Origin: Vicugna vicugna
Taxonomy: Eukaryota
Assembly: GCA_013265495.1 (NCBI GenBank)
Contig: MU058059.1
Coordinates: 1,711,502-1,775,501, forward strand
DNA: 64,000 nt
Direction: 5' to 3'
The position numbers and the translations under genes were made by a program. Below the pieces are notes generated by a model. The model was not told the DNA's origin and ran no database searches. It saw only the letters and a program-made list of their open reading frames with translations. Below, piece by piece: positions 26,126-40,489 of this stretch. How positions within the stretch are numbered: position 1 is the stretch's first letter; the number at the start of each line of letters is the position of its first letter.

Positions 26126-27811
26126 CAGTCTCCAGATGTAAACAGCTCTACTCCTGCTCTGCTTACTCACGACAGCTGTATGGTAAGCCTATCATAGCAA
26201 AATGCAGAGAGTTTATTCTCTAGAATACATAATGCTGAAGGGCACTGAAGGTTGCACGAGTTACAACCTCTCATTTTTTCAGTGAGGATACTGAATCTCA
26301 GCATAATGACTTTTCAAGGGAACAAAGAGTCAGTGGAAGAATGGCCCAGATTTTTCAGAAGTCTTTAGCTAATGTTTTTTGCCCTGTTCGGTTTGTGATG
26401 GATATGAGTCACACTATATATTATATGTACAAATATACCATCCGATTGACATTGGGGAAATGATCTTAGCTCACATATTTTAAAGGAATAGGACAGAGAA
26501 ACAAAAATAGGAATTCAGTAGTAGCATTCTGGAAATTAAACCAAGGATTGGCCAGGAAAGAATGAGAGTTGCGCATTTAGTGAACAGATTTAATTGATGG
26601 AAAAAAACAGTATGTTAAACACTTTATCCAAGTAACTGTTTTAACGTTGTAAATATGTAAGAAAAATAAACAAATTTTAACTGAGGAAATAGAGACCTCT
26701 AGATTCTCTGTCATTCAGTTCATTCATCTATTTATTTCTTTTAATTTCTTTCTTAGCACATATCTACTCAGTATCTTCTCTTGAGGGCACTGTGAAGGAT
26801 CACAGCTAAACAAAATGCAGTTTCTGTGCTTGAAGAGCTTATGAGGGAGCCCAAGACCATTGGGAATCATGTGTTATGTATCTTTATGCATCTAGAGAGA
26901 ACCCAGGCTTTGCTTCTTAGAGGAAACACCTAGAGGTGTTTCAGTTGGGCACTTAGATGTACTAGGTGATGTGGATATATTGGTGTATGAGTAGGGCGTG
27001 GGGCAAAAAGAGGGTGTAAAGGGGGGCTAATAATTCAGCTTGGATGTACAGAGAAATTGGTGAGGGAAGTAGTGGTAACGTCTGTATGTTTATTTGCAAG
27101 ATTTTATATGTGAGATGGGATTAGTTCAATGAATGAATTGTGGAAGAGATGTCTGTTGTTCCCAGTTTTGTGCACTAGCAGGATACAGGACAGGTGGGGG
27201 AGAAGACTTCAGCTCAACACTAATGAAACCCTGACCTCCACATGCATTTTGGTAATTCCATGAAGGCAAGAATGTTACTAATAACAGAGCAGATTTTATA
27301 AGTCATCTCAACTTGGTCAGCTGCAATTAAGCCCATGACTGCTGGCGTTCTGGAATGCACCCCTTTTGTTTTGGGAAAGTGGTGAAAGAGATTAAGTTAC
27401 AGGTTTTCCATCTTGGAATTATGCTACCCCTAGAATAGAATTCTCCACATGCCCAAGTATGATTGGACCTCAAATTTAGCCAATATTCAATTAAATGAAC
27501 CATTTACTGCATCAATACCTATTTGGGGGAACTATTTCACATCCAGGATATCTTATTTCTGATGTTAGAATGAATTTATTTAAAGCCAAATTACAGATTG
27601 TATTGTCAGAATTATTTGGTGAACTATTGTAGCAAGGTAACTTCACAAACAGCATATATGCCAAATACTGTCTTTTAATTTGGAATTCACTGCTCAAAGA
27701 TACTCAGATGAAAGCAAAAAGTGATGTATTTTATGTTTTCTTGATCTTCTAGCTTGGGAACCTGAGTTGTATTTTTAACATTTCACAATAAGAGGAGTTA
27801 CTTTTTACCAT

Positions 27812-27950
27812 GTAGTTCTTAGTTTTTTCAAGTCATAGAATTCTTTGAAAATCTAATAAAAGCCTTAGATCTCTATGAAAAGTACACATGTGTGTTGTAC
27901 AAATTTGCATACATTTTCAGGTGGCTCTTGGCCCACAAATTAAGAAAATG
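27812..27950. mobile_element. MER103-like hAT element
   Basis: ctttgaaaatctaataaaagc...acaaatttgcatacattttcagg. Confidence 0.55.
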
Positions 27951-29584
27951 TTGGTCAAATTAGTATTTAAAATTTCCTCTCCTGTTTTTTCATCCAGGAT
28001 ATCTTTATATTTACAGCTATCATAACCATTTTGTGTACCTGGAGAGAACTCTAGTATTAAGAGTGTTTCCTCAGGACCTAGGGATTAGCTTTGAGCCAGT
28101 GTGGGACAAGTTCTATACAAAAACAGCCTGTGGCTAACCCAGGGGTAAGCTGGAAAGCCTGCTGGGTTGGAGGCTGCTATTCTGTGTTGTCTCCCTCTAA
28201 TCAGGACACTTCAAGGTGGCATTGCCATGGTGGCCAACAACTGTGGCTTGGGCATTTGGGGATGATGGGAGAAAGCTGGTGGGGCAGAGGCTGGGAGTAC
28301 CTTGGGTTTATGAGATGATACCTGTATGAATGGGGTATTTCTGTTCTCAGAGGTGAAAAATGTTGGCAGTCAGCATTTAATGAAATCAGGGCACAGGAAA
28401 GTACTGAGTTTTAGCCACTTCTCAAGGAAGGTGCAGAGGGAACGGAAGCCTTTCAGTAATTCCCACATGAGGCTGGAAATTCTGTTCTCTAATAGAAAGA
28501 CAGGAGGAATTAATCCTTTTTTTTTTTTTTTTGACCTTCACACCCACAGTCCAAGGCTCGTTTCCTAAGCGGGAGTTTGCTCGCATTTCCTTGTGCTTTC
28601 CTTGGATCCCTGTGCAGGTGTGTGGTCTGCCTGTGAGACCAGCAGCCCCTAATCTTCTGTGCCAAGACACGGAAAAATGTTTTCTTACGTGAATGAAGTA
28701 TTTCTGAGCTTGGAGTGAAAGCTTCTAGTGCATCTCTGACCAATATGATCATAACATGAGGCAAAAAATGTTTGAGCTGAAAGTTAATTAGAGCAAACAA
28801 CTGATCTGGTCTGTTTGCACACTATCTAGTCAGTAGCTGTACACACTGAAAACAGATTCCAGAAAGGTGAGCTGAAGTCCTGAGTAGCAAATTAGCAGCA
28901 TATCTTTATGGGACAGTTAGAAATGTAAAAGCCAAACACACACTGCTGTCTCTTGCGAACACTCCCCACCAGTGCCGTCTGCCATTTCTGGGCTGGACAG
29001 ATGCTGCTCCTTACCTGGGGTTTGATGTGGTGCCTTGATTACACACAGCCTGTTCCTCAGGCAGCATATCTGAGGCCCCGAGTATCCTCAGAAAGCGTCT
29101 AGCTTCGTTTTTCCTACAAGGAAACAGGTTTTAAGCAACTCAGGCCTCTCGTATTCTAACATTTCTGTGCCATGTTTTATGGGAAGGACTCATCGTATTT
29201 TCTCATACTGCCTTCTTGTCACTGTTCTCCGTGTAACGTGTGGTATCACAACAGAACGTTCCTCTGTCCCCAGGCTGTAAGATGGCATGTGTGTAACCAA
29301 ACACAGGTTTTTGTGGGCATGTTTGGCATCCACTGATTTAGGGCTGCCCTCCTCCTCAGGCCTTGGGAAAGAAGGCACATTTAGAGTAGTGTGGTTGGTC
29401 TGTCCTTCGAAAAGGAGTATTTTAACACTGGCAGACATAATTTTTTTTGCGTTGACAGGTTTTCTCATGTAGGAAAGTGTAGGTATCTTCAAGGATTAAC
29501 CCTCAGTACACATTTAAAGTTCAGTGAGGACCTCAGGAAGGGAAAGGTGATAGCTTCAAAATGTCATTTAAAATTTTTTTAAAT

Positions 29585-29752
29585 GATTTTTTCCAGTTGT
29601 ATTGAGATATAATTGACATACTGCATTGTATAAGTTTAGGGTGTCAGCATAATTACTTGACTTACATATATTGTGAAACGATTACCACAGTAAGTTTAGT
29701 TAACATCCGTCATCTTACATAGATACCAAAAAAAGAAAAAAATGTTTTTTCA
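29585..29752 (-). mobile_element. Laurasiatherian-type L1 3' end fragment
   Basis: ttgagatataattgacatactgcattgtataagtttagggtg...gattaccacagtaagtttagttaacatcc. Confidence 0.8.
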
Positions 29753-32700
29753 AAACTCTAGTTTCTAATCACCTTCAGCATAGTTCTCTTTTCTGGGTTC
29801 CTTCCTCTGTCTCCTGGACTTCTTCCACAGGAGGAGGCAGCTTAAAGTCTCCGTGCCCTTGAAGGTACCAGGCCCTCACTGAGCTCTGATGCTTCCTGTA
29901 CAGCCAGCATGGGGCTGGGCCACAGCTTGTGTTGTCTAGAAAAACTACGCTAATTCCTTTTCCTCTGCTCTTCCAGTCTGTATCCAGTTTCTTTCCTTTG
30001 TGCTCCCAGTGAACCTGGGCCTACTGCTGCCCTCTAGTTATTATTCCCAATGGTAATGACGATGTGACTTCTCTGTAGCCATCCCCGGCCCCTACGCTGG
30101 GTGCAGCTCCCTAAGAGCTGGAGCCACGGTTTATCTTTATGATCTCAGTGTCTAGTGACATGTCCCATAAATGTTTATGCAGTGGAGGGCAGGAGGCCAT
30201 GTGCGATTGTATTTTCCAAAACTGGAAAACAAAGTAATCAACTGTTGTGAAAATTTGTCATAGAAGACAGTTTCTTAAAATAAGAAACAGAAAGTGAAAA
30301 CACTGAAGAAATAGGGAAATGCTAATCAGGGTTGGGCTCTACATGGCCAGTTGCTTATGTTTTCACTTTGTCAGATTTTTATCTCTGGTAAAGAAAAAAA
30401 AATCTCTGGGAGGTAAAAGACAAAGGAAATGCTTTTGTTTTTCAAACTGTGAAATTAAAGTGTCCATGACCTCATTTGAGGCAATTCTTCTTGGCGATCA
30501 CATGCCTTCTGTTAAAATGCAGCATCTAATTTAGGGCTCAGTCACTAGGGATGATTCGGAGGGCATCAGAGGATGAAATTTTAAAGACTGGAAAATGATG
30601 GCCGTGAGGACTATACATAGACATTGATATTGTTGGGACTGGGGTGTAGAAAGGCAGAATGAGCTTTGCCAACTGAGTCAACAAGAAACAACAAACACTC
30701 ATACTTACTCGGGTGTCTGGAGTGTCTACTGATTCTCTCCTGGGGTGTCCCACCTGGAGATGGCACTGCCGGACCTGGCAGGAGCCATGTTAGCAGCATC
30801 ATAGATCACAGAATGCATCAGTGCTGTGATTTGGTAATGGTGTAAACCATAATATTTGCTACATAATTCTTTCTGATTTTAGTTTAATTTTCTGTCCTTG
30901 AAACTCTCTGGAGTTATGAAGTTAATTGGCAATTGCTAAGACAAGAAACCAATTTTTCTATCATAAGCAATAGCAAAGTTCCTCTCATTTTGAAGATATG
31001 CCTTCAAATCTTTTAAAAAATTCCAGGCCTCTGTGAAGTCCAACTTCATAAAATAGTGTTTAATTAGAAAGGAAGGAGAGTCACATTTGTAGAACAGACC
31101 AATTTGATTATACTTTATTAAGTAGATTAATTTTCAAGGTGGTCATTCGCATTACATGCATTTAATTGATGTTAAATTATGTTAAGAATTTAATTTTAGC
31201 TCCCTTTACAAATTGGCCAATACCCCATTCACCCTTGGTAGACAAATAAGATTTCTACTCAGCCATGCTTTTTATTAATCCTCATTTCTACTCAGGGAGG
31301 AAAACATGAGTGGAGCCAAATGGAATTCTTCCCCTACTGAATTTAACAACCATGGATTCTGGAACTGTTTCAAAAGAATGTGAGCATTATCATGAATTAT
31401 TGGGTCCTCAGACCCAAATTCAAACAATGAAGCAAAACAGACCTTCTTATCTATTCTGATTGTATCACTGACTTTACAAGTAAACCAGAGACTAATGTTT
31501 AACTTTCAAATTTGAGCTTGCATGTGATTCTGTCTGTAACTCTGTCTCTGTCAGTCTTTACTCTCTGCATCCGGGACCACGTGTGTCTTCAGTTAACACA
31601 GACCTTGTGCAGTGTAGGTTTCAGGCTCAGCAAAACCGGTTTCTGAATCCACTCCAGCCTCTACCCAAGGAGGACCATGTCTGACCAGGAGGGATGACTG
31701 TGAGACGGGCTCTGAGAGCTTCTTCTCAGGTGCAAAGTCAAATTGTGGCTGGAATTATGTGTGGTGACAGTGAGGTCACTCATCCCTCTCAACACCTCAT
31801 TATCGTCTCGGTCACAATCCGGGAATGCAGAGGTTAGGCTCCTAAGAAATGCCTCAGTATCATCCCACCAAGGTATGTGTTTGTTTTTCCCTCTTTGTAT
31901 GCTTACAATTGTTCCATTTGCTTTTGTCTTTGACTCATTGATGGAGGATGATTTTTTTCTATTGTTGCTCTAAACATCATACATGGGAGTATTAGATGAA
32001 GTAGAAATAGAGCCTGAAGCCTCTCTTGATAAATCAGTAACTTTTGTGTATTGCAGAAGGGCCATTTATCCAAGTGATTCTGAGTCTAGGCTATGATTTG
32101 GGAGGGCATAGAGAAATAAGAGCCTTGGAAAACCTAGGTGCCCTGTGTGAAATTGGTACCTAAGGGCTTATTTTGTAGTTTTTTTTTTCTTCCTAAGGAA
32201 AGAGTCCTTGAAAGAGACTATTAAATATTTCTGCTTTATTTTTAGTACAATATTGCAATTGTAAAAGGTTAAAGCAAAAAAAAATTAATTTGATGTGAGA
32301 GTTACTGCTTGTATCTAATTAAAAATAAATCTTCAAATTAGCCTTTTAAAATGTTTTTTAGACATTGCTATTCTATCTAATGTAAAGTGACAATAAAGAC
32401 AAGTACCATGTTTTCAGTGAGACCAAACTGAGATCAACTATGTTTTTTCTTCTCTGTCCCCTATCTGTGTTTGTGGTTCATGCAGTTGTCTGATTTACTC
32501 ATCAGATTTAAAACATCTTTGTTGATGTTTTAAAGTTTGAATTCTGATAGTCTACCCAGAGGTGTTGCTACTGCATGTTTTTGACTCTAGTAGAATTTCA
32601 TCTTGAAACATTTAACTCCAAGCATACTGATTTTTGCCTTAGTAACTATGATCTCTGTCCAAAAAAGACAAAGAACAAATTGGTTGCTGAAATTCCTAGA

Positions 32701-34587
32701 GGAGTCTCATTGTAAAGCTGACACTCAGAGTCATGCTCACTTTTTGTGATTCAGATTTGGTCAGATTCTGGTAGACGTGCTAGTGAACACGTGCTTATCT
32801 TAAGTATCACCTCAGTAGATCTAAAATACCTGATACAGTGGAGTCTCTGTTTGCAGTGACTTCAGTTTTGTTCTTGATGTCTACATATCTCAAATAAGAC
32901 CATTTTCATGGAGGAACAAGGTAATAGGTAATTAGAAAGAAATGTCTGTTTAAAACATTATTATAGAGTGGAATGTATAATTTGTCTTTGACCATATGAT
33001 TCTGAAGCTGTAATTACTTTCCTTACATCTTTAATGAAATTCACTTCTTTCTATTAAATGTGATCTTCAAACCTTATAGCTTTTTCTCCCAGAAAGCTAC
33101 CACACATTCAAAGCTACTTTTATAGAAAACCCTTTAATGATATGTCATTATCATAGTGAGATTAAACCTGTCTTTGGATAGCTGAGGCCATTTAGTGGAA
33201 ATTAAAGATGAATATAGTTCTGTATTGGGTATCATAATCAAGATAAATTTAAATACTAAGATCTGAAGAACCCATGCTGGCTAGAAAAGAGAGAACGTTG
33301 TCAAAACTTTTAAATCCCTAAGCAGGACATTGTAGGCTGTTGTCTCCCTCATACTAATTCACACTGGCATGGAGCAACTTTCCAGAACTAGTGATGGACG
33401 GTACCCTCCCAACATCTGTAGCTCTGTGAACCGAGATAAGAGTAAGGCCATGCAATCCAGTGCTTCAGGGCACGTACACTAATCTAGGAATGGAGGGCAG
33501 GAATTTCCTCCCTTCCTTCTGTAAGTCAGTTTCCCGAGGATCTTCATAAGCAATAAGGTGAATGAAGCCCAGGAGCTAGGAAGTTATTTGCCAGCTGAGT
33601 TTCCCAAGTAGACTATATATCTGAGTGGATAATTTGATCCAAGGGTAAGGAGGTCAGGATTTTGTATAAGAGGACCAAAAGTAAGTAATTTTTCAGAAGA
33701 ATTATAAAGCGATATGGAAAAAGCATAGGCCTACTAAGGCAATCGCAGAGTTGGAGGTATTGTTAGATGCATGTGAGAGAGTGCAACTGAATAGCGCTTG
33801 TTTCCAAAAAGCGACAGCGGAATCCTTAAGGACAGAAATGTCATTAGAGTGGTTATTACAGACTAGAAAGTATTGGAGGAGGAGAGGCAGTAATTTGACA
33901 GAAGGACTAGAGGGAAATGAAGTGTTTGAAGGTAGGAAGAGGCAGAAAAAAGAGAAATGGGAAAAAGCACCTCTGAGCTCGTGATGGTAAAAACAACCGA
34001 TTTTTAGGATGAGGAAATGAAAGAATCAGGATTATTAACCAGATGCAGCGCTTCTCAGTTTGTGTGCAGATACTGATTCTCAGAAGATGAATAAAAGATC
34101 ATTTGAAATTCACATATGATGTACCAGATTCTGTAAAGTGTTTGGGAGGAAAAGATCAGTAGAACTCTGCCTTTTGTGAGCATGTAAGATTATAAACTAG
34201 TATTTATACAGATAACTTTATGTAACTTTAGATGCACAGAAAGTTTTTAGTTATATATATTTTGAGATGGGGAAGGAGGGTGTTTTGGATTGATTTTGTC
34301 TTTTAGAAGTTTTAGAATTAATCAGGAATCCTAATTAATTTTATAGGCGGAAAAAGCTAAGTGAAAGATTCTTGTTAAATAGAAAGCTTGGAAATGGGAC
34401 CATGAAACCAGAAAAAATAGAGATAATGGAATAAATGCTGGACGGTGAGCCATTGGTGGTGGTTGGCACAGACCAATAGCTCCTGGAGTTGCTAAAAAGA
34501 ATGACCTGAAAATAATACGATAAGGAGATTGGATCTGGATTTTGTGCAATTTAACTTGTGCCAGTTATACTAGTTGTGCATAAGTGA

Positions 34588-34716
34588 AATGACTGTACAC
34601 TTTATTGTCCAAAATGGGACGCTTTTGAAAGTGAAAGGAAGTGCTGTACAATCATGCTTGGACAGCAGGTATAAACTGGGATTTTTCTGAGCAAGCTAGC
34701 ACATATGGTCACCCTA
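34588..34716. mobile_element. MER94 (hAT-Blackjack)
   Basis: ttattgtccaaaatgggacgcttttgaaagtgaaagg...taaactgggatt...catatggtcaccct. Confidence 0.75.
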
Positions 34717-34959
34717 TACCTGAGCCCAGATACTTTAAAATGTATTCCATGTGTATCATTCCTGGACAGCATTTAAGTAATTTTTCTGTATTATCAGTAA
34801 ACATCAAAAACCAGTTAAATTAGTATATGTTTGAATTATTAAGGTTCATATGTTAGTCAGAAAGGAATGGGACCATTTTAGTCATAAGTCACTACCAATT
34901 TATCTTTCAGCCACTCCAGTATTGAAATAATCAACTCTGTTATCTTTAAAATAAGCAAA

Positions 34960-35190
34960 TCAGTGGTGAAGAGCAAGATTTCTGGAGCCAGATCACCTGT
35001 ATCGGAATCCTGGCCCTTCTGCTGACTGTGGGATATGGGCAAGTTATTTAGCCTTTTAGCTGCTCAGTTTCCTCACTGGGGCCAATAACAGAATTAATCT
35101 CATGGATTGACGTGAGGATTAGTGAGTATAAGTAAAGACCTTAGAACAGTGACTGCCACATAGTAAGATCTGTGGAAGAGTTAACTTCTT
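34960..35190 (+). mobile_element. MIR SINE
   Basis: tctggagccagatcacctg...gggcaagttattt...ctcagtttcctc...gtgaggatt...cttagaacagtg. Confidence 0.85.
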
Positions 35191-38100
35191 AATCTTACTT
35201 TTACTCATGTTCTAATATCCCCATGAAGCACCATTCTTTCTTTGCACAGTCCTTTGCATCATCGTTTCCTGCTCTGCTTTCCTCCCCGCCTCCCTGCTCC
35301 ACCTCTGCCACCTTAATGTGTTGAAAACCTGAGATGAATAAAGAAAACAACTCTCACAGGAATACCTGGCATAGAATATCCTTTCTGACCCTTTGCAGAG
35401 AGTGTGACCTGTTTAATGTTATCACATATGGGAAATACCAGTATTTTTGGAAACATGGGCACTGACCTGTAGGATAAGCCATTCTTCTTTAACATGGTGA
35501 AGTTGAGGAGACAGGGAAGGCCCGTTACATATTCTGTGGATGCACAGAGGGGAGAACGGGGAGCAGAGCAGGACTGAAGGAAGGGCAGGAAGAGAAACTA
35601 ATGGAGTAAAACCTAAAGAAGTAACGTGTATCTAGAGAGATGGGTCAGAGGCCGAGGTAAATGTGAAGAGAAACCTGGCCAGCATTGCATATTGGGAGGA
35701 ATGTATTTGAACTAGGAATTACAGGGACATATTAATGGTTAAGACAGAGTTTGGATTGACAACTCTCATGATGCTGCTACCCTAGAGAAATAAAATTCAT
35801 GCAGATGTGGTAAAGGGACTTTTAAAGAGTGTTTGATGTTCCACCTCCTTACCCTATTGAATTAAGAACTAAGCAATGACAGGGTATATATACTTTTACA
35901 AAATTGTGTGATCTCTCTTTATGTCCTTCTCTCCATCATGCCAAAGTTAATGGGACCTCTGATATCAGAGACACAGGAACAGATTGAATAGCCTGTGTTT
36001 TTAGCAACTTTGGTAAATTTTTAAAGAACTGGTGTCAAGGGAGTTTCCAGAGTTCAGTAGAATAAAGCATTGAACACAGAATTGTTCACCCTACACAAGC
36101 AGGACTGGATATCAAACTCATACTGCACTGCCTCAGCAGAGAATTAATGAGCTCTGCCGCCTGGATTACCTGTCAAGTCAAGAGACTTTGACGATGGTGT
36201 CCTCGGAAGTGGGCCTCAGAAGTCTCATGCCAGAGCTGTGGAGTTTTGACTTTGAGGGCCGTTTTCCAAGTGCTTTTGAGTCCACTGGGCAATGAATGGT
36301 CATTGTGCTGTGTCACAGAGCTATTTTCCAAGTTTATTTGGGAAACTGAAGCTTGAGGAGCTCTTCTTTTTACTTGTTGCTGAATGGAGTTGTAGATTTA
36401 TTAGAAATATTACTTAGAAGATTCAAAATAAGAAATGCCTGTGACCAACATAGTATACTTGCATCAGATGAAAAGTGGGGATGGAGGAGGTGTTAGAATC
36501 CAGAGAGCACGAGGAAGAATGCTCCGTTCTTTGGTTTAGGACACAGAGTCCGCTCTAGAGTCTGTTGCTTGCTTGTCTTTTAATATTGCACCAGGAAGCA
36601 GTAAAGGATGGAAAGGGAAATGTAAACTCTCCAGTCTTCCTCTAGGTGGTTGGTCTAGTTAGAGTCGTAGGTAGACATAACTGAAAATGAGACTTTATAG
36701 TGACTTTTTCCCTCTCTGTATCTATCCATTTATCATCTCAGGTAAATGAGTTGTGGTTTTTACTCAGGGAAGATCAAAGGCAAAGTAGGAAATAATGATT
36801 TGTTTATTGTGAGTAAGAGACAGGTAAGGACATAGGACTGCTTTAGATTTGTTTTAAAATGATATGAAACTTGTTGCTTTAGTAAGTGGGTGTTTATTAA
36901 TGAGATTTTAAAATACTCATTTCACATGTAAAACTATAAATGTAAGTCTGAATAAAACACTGGCTGTAATCAATTGAGATTTGATACTCAGTAAGCGTGG
37001 AGTAGGCTTTTCCTCTTAAATGCTTACTGTTTTCTTCTAATCTTTATTTCACCACTGATGCTTTATGTGTAAAAGTGAAAGGAGGCAAATTCAGACATCC
37101 TGGCAGATGGAGATTTAGTTCTTACTCTAATCCATTTAGACACGATTTCTCAACTTTCAGAAAATTTTATTAAAGAGTTGGCAGGCAAATTTGGAGCAAA
37201 TCAGATTTTTCAAAAAGAAAAACTTAAAAATGAATAAGGAAACTCTAGTTCTCATTTAGAATATCTTATTAGTGATCAGTAACAGCCCCACTTTGGGTGT
37301 AGGCATATTAATTTTATACTCTTTCTGTATATGTGTATATATATAAAGTTGCAATGGCTATCTTCACTTCTGGGATTCTCTAGTTTACTATTAACATGTT
37401 ACTAATTTTTACGTAGTTATCCTGCATGGTTGGTTAGTTAAAAATGTATATATATCAGAGCTTGAACTCTGCACCTACGAGTTTAAGAAATTTAAATAAG
37501 CCAGAGATGCGTATAGAACATCAGACTTAAATGAGTGAAGGAACTGAAATATACAACTCATCTATGACAGGAAATAAATATGGAAATTATAAGAGCAAAA
37601 AACAAGTGAAAAATAGCTAAAATTTGGAAATTTTCACAGATTCTTATCTATCAAACCTTGAGAAAAATTAAAGATGTAACAGGGAAGCTAGTCTTTCACA
37701 CCCAGGTGCAGAATTTCTCAGCTAAAATATAAACTGACTTTGCATGTCATCTGAAAGTTGCTGCTTCCCACTGAGTTTAAAGGCAGCGTGTCCTGCAGTC
37801 AAAGTATAGGTCATAGGTGGTTGATTCTTTTCTCAAAAGGTGAGTCATTAAGATTGTAATCAGAACCTTGCTTGGTTCAACAAGGCTAGGCTAAATGTTG
37901 GCTCTTTTCTAGGGGAGGGACATAAAAATATAATCAGGAATTTTAGAGATTTAAGAAGAACTTATGATGAAAAGATGTGCAGTAGGAGTTCAAACAAACA
38001 ATTCGCTGTGCTAGAAAATGATGAGATTCTTCTCTGAAATGGACTTACACCCTTATATGCATGCTTGTGCAGGTACAGACAAACAGAACTGTTGTGGAGA

Positions 38101-38969
38101 ACTATGGTGAATAGATAAGCTTTTTCTCCCATTACAGACGTTGGGCACCTTTAAAAGTTTGATGGCAGTAAATTTGCAAATATGATTGTTTTCATATTCC
38201 AAGTAAAGTTTTTAGTTTTTTAATACTGCAATTGAAAGCAAAAGAAGTATAATTCATAGGAAGACTTTTAGAGCCAAGATCCTCTTACCCTAAAAATAAG
38301 ATTGTAATCCCCACCCCACCAAGAAATTTTTAGGTCTAGGGAAGAAACAACTCAGAATTCATCAAGTACAATGTAAAATTATATAGTATAATTATCATAG
38401 AGTAAAATACTACATTAAATGCACCACTTCTATGAAATTATTTTAGAAAATAATTCTTTAAACTAGTAAAGTTTCTTTACTGTCATTTCCATTATTTTAA
38501 AAATATTCCAAACACTTTCTGAAGTCACTTTCAATTCCTTAGCTGTGTGAAAGATTCCTAACTAGAAGAAGGGATTACTTTGATAAAGCAGTAATTAGAG
38601 TTGATTTCAAATTTATTATCTGAAGTTTATCTCAACTTACTTTAAGCCATTACAAAAAAAAAAAAACCTTTCCCTTTAAAACCCATCTCACCATTACTGT
38701 TACTTTACATCCTAATCTTTAATTCATATGAAGGGATTTGTTACAGTTAGTCTGGGTCGGTGACTCAATCTCTTCAAAAGGATGCAGCGCTGAAATGGGC
38801 CTTGTCCTTCTCTGGATTCATGTCACATTACTGATTTTACTTGGGAATCCAAATGTGTAGGTACTGTGTATCCATGACAGGACTACTTAGAATACAGGAA
38901 AAGGAATTAAGATTATACTTGTGTCTCCATCTACAACAACCTTTTTTTCCCTCAAGTTAAATTGCAGAC

Positions 38970-39150
38970 TTTAAAAGTACATATAGACGTGCACAACGGA
39001 GTGCATACACTGTACTGTTCCAATTGTATACTGTACAAAAATGGCCAGAACTAATCTTGTATCAGAGACTAAGATCGTGGTGCCCCAGGGGTGGTGGTAG
39101 GGGTGGTTAGGGTGTGGGCGCGATGTGGTGCATGGCTGAGTTATGTGTCT
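38970..39150 (+). mobile_element. Old L1M 3' UTR fragment
   Basis: catacactgtactgttcc...ggccagaactaatc...agactaagatcgtggtgcccc. Confidence 0.5.
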
Positions 39151-39399
39151 CATTAAGGCTCAGCTTCCTTCCTGGTCTGTAGAAAGGCGCATGGTAATAT
39201 AATTTCTTGGCACACCGTGTAATGTATAGTAAAGGTTTAGTAGGTGATGGAGACTATCAATAGCCAGTGGTCTAATGGCAGTCCAGTAGGTTTCTCAAAT
39301 TTGAAAGGTCCACTTTGACTTTATCTCCCTTCACCATTATCTACCCATTTGCTGGTAACATGGTAACCCATTTCCTGCCCCCATCAATCACAAAGTCTG

Positions 39400-39720
39400 T
39401 CAGTTAGCTTTCTAGAGTGTATTAGTTTCTTGTGTCCCCATGGCATGACTTAAGCCATCAGCCTTTCTCACTTGTCTTATTTCAGACGTCTTGCAAGTGC
39501 TTCCTCTGCTCCAGAAAAGTCCTTACAATGCGAACAGAGCGATTTTTCTAAAATGGAGTTCAGTCATGCCACACACACACACTGCTTGAAATTCTGCAGT
39601 GGTTTCTCATTTCCCTTAGGATGAACTCCAACTGCTTAGTATTTCAACTATCCTTGAAAGCCTTACATGGCCCAATTTGTCTCTACATTCTAGCTTCTAC
39701 TCTTGGCTATTCCTCCAGTC
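39400..39720 (+). mobile_element. L2 LINE fragment
   Basis: cagagcgatttttctaaaatg...ctgcagtggtttctcatttcccttaggatgaactccaact. Confidence 0.7.
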
Positions 39721-39799
39721 TATACTGTAAAAGGATTAAAATTTTAGTTGGTATATAGTGTATTGTGATACATGCTATGGGGACAAATACTGGAAGGCG

Positions 39800-39970
39800 T
39801 ATATATGTTAGCTCCTTTAATACTCACAGAGGTACTGTCACTCATGGCTGGGGAAATTGCAGCAGAATGAGATCGAGTAACTTGTCCGTGGTTAGTCATC
39901 AGCAGAACTAGGCTTCCAACCCAGGAGTCTCACCCCAGGTCAAAGAGTCTCAGCTTTGACCATGATACAG
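39800..39970 (-). mobile_element. MIR SINE
   Basis: gagtaacttgtccgtggtt...gcagaactaggcttccaacccagg. Confidence 0.65.
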
Positions 39971-40049
39971 TCTAGCCCCTTAGAAAGAGTAGACCACCAC
40001 TTACAAAGATGCCTCTCAGAGGAGGGGCAGCCACTTGGGGGTGGGAGCA

Positions 40050-40275
40050 GTGTGTTGTGTGGGTGTGGTGTGACTTTGGATCTGACAGAAGTGGACCTCT
40101 GACCTCCCCTCGTGTCTGCTCAGGCACTTTACATAACTTCTTCTACCCTCAGTTCTTCCAGGCCTTAGAAATGGGGAGAATAATACCTTATAGGTACATT
40201 GTCAAGATTTGATCAGGTAAAATGGGGGCAACATAGCACAGTGTTGGCCCATCCTGGAGACTCAGTAAATGTTTG
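40050..40275 (+). mobile_element. MIR SINE
   Basis: gactttggatctgacag...cctcagttcttc...aaatggggagaataatacct...actcagtaaatgtt. Confidence 0.7.
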
Positions 40276-40489
40276 GTTTTTCCCCTTTCCCTTTTCACGA
40301 GTCATGTAAACATCACCGAATGATTGCATTTTCCTTGCAGGTCTTCTCCTCAAAGAGAATACTTGAGCAATTATGATTTTCTTGTCTGACAAAGTACAAG
40401 ACTTGTAAAAATGTAAATTCTGCAGTGTGAAAGCAGAGGTAGTAACTGGCACACTGCGAAATTACTGTTCAGTTTTTATAGCATCAGAG

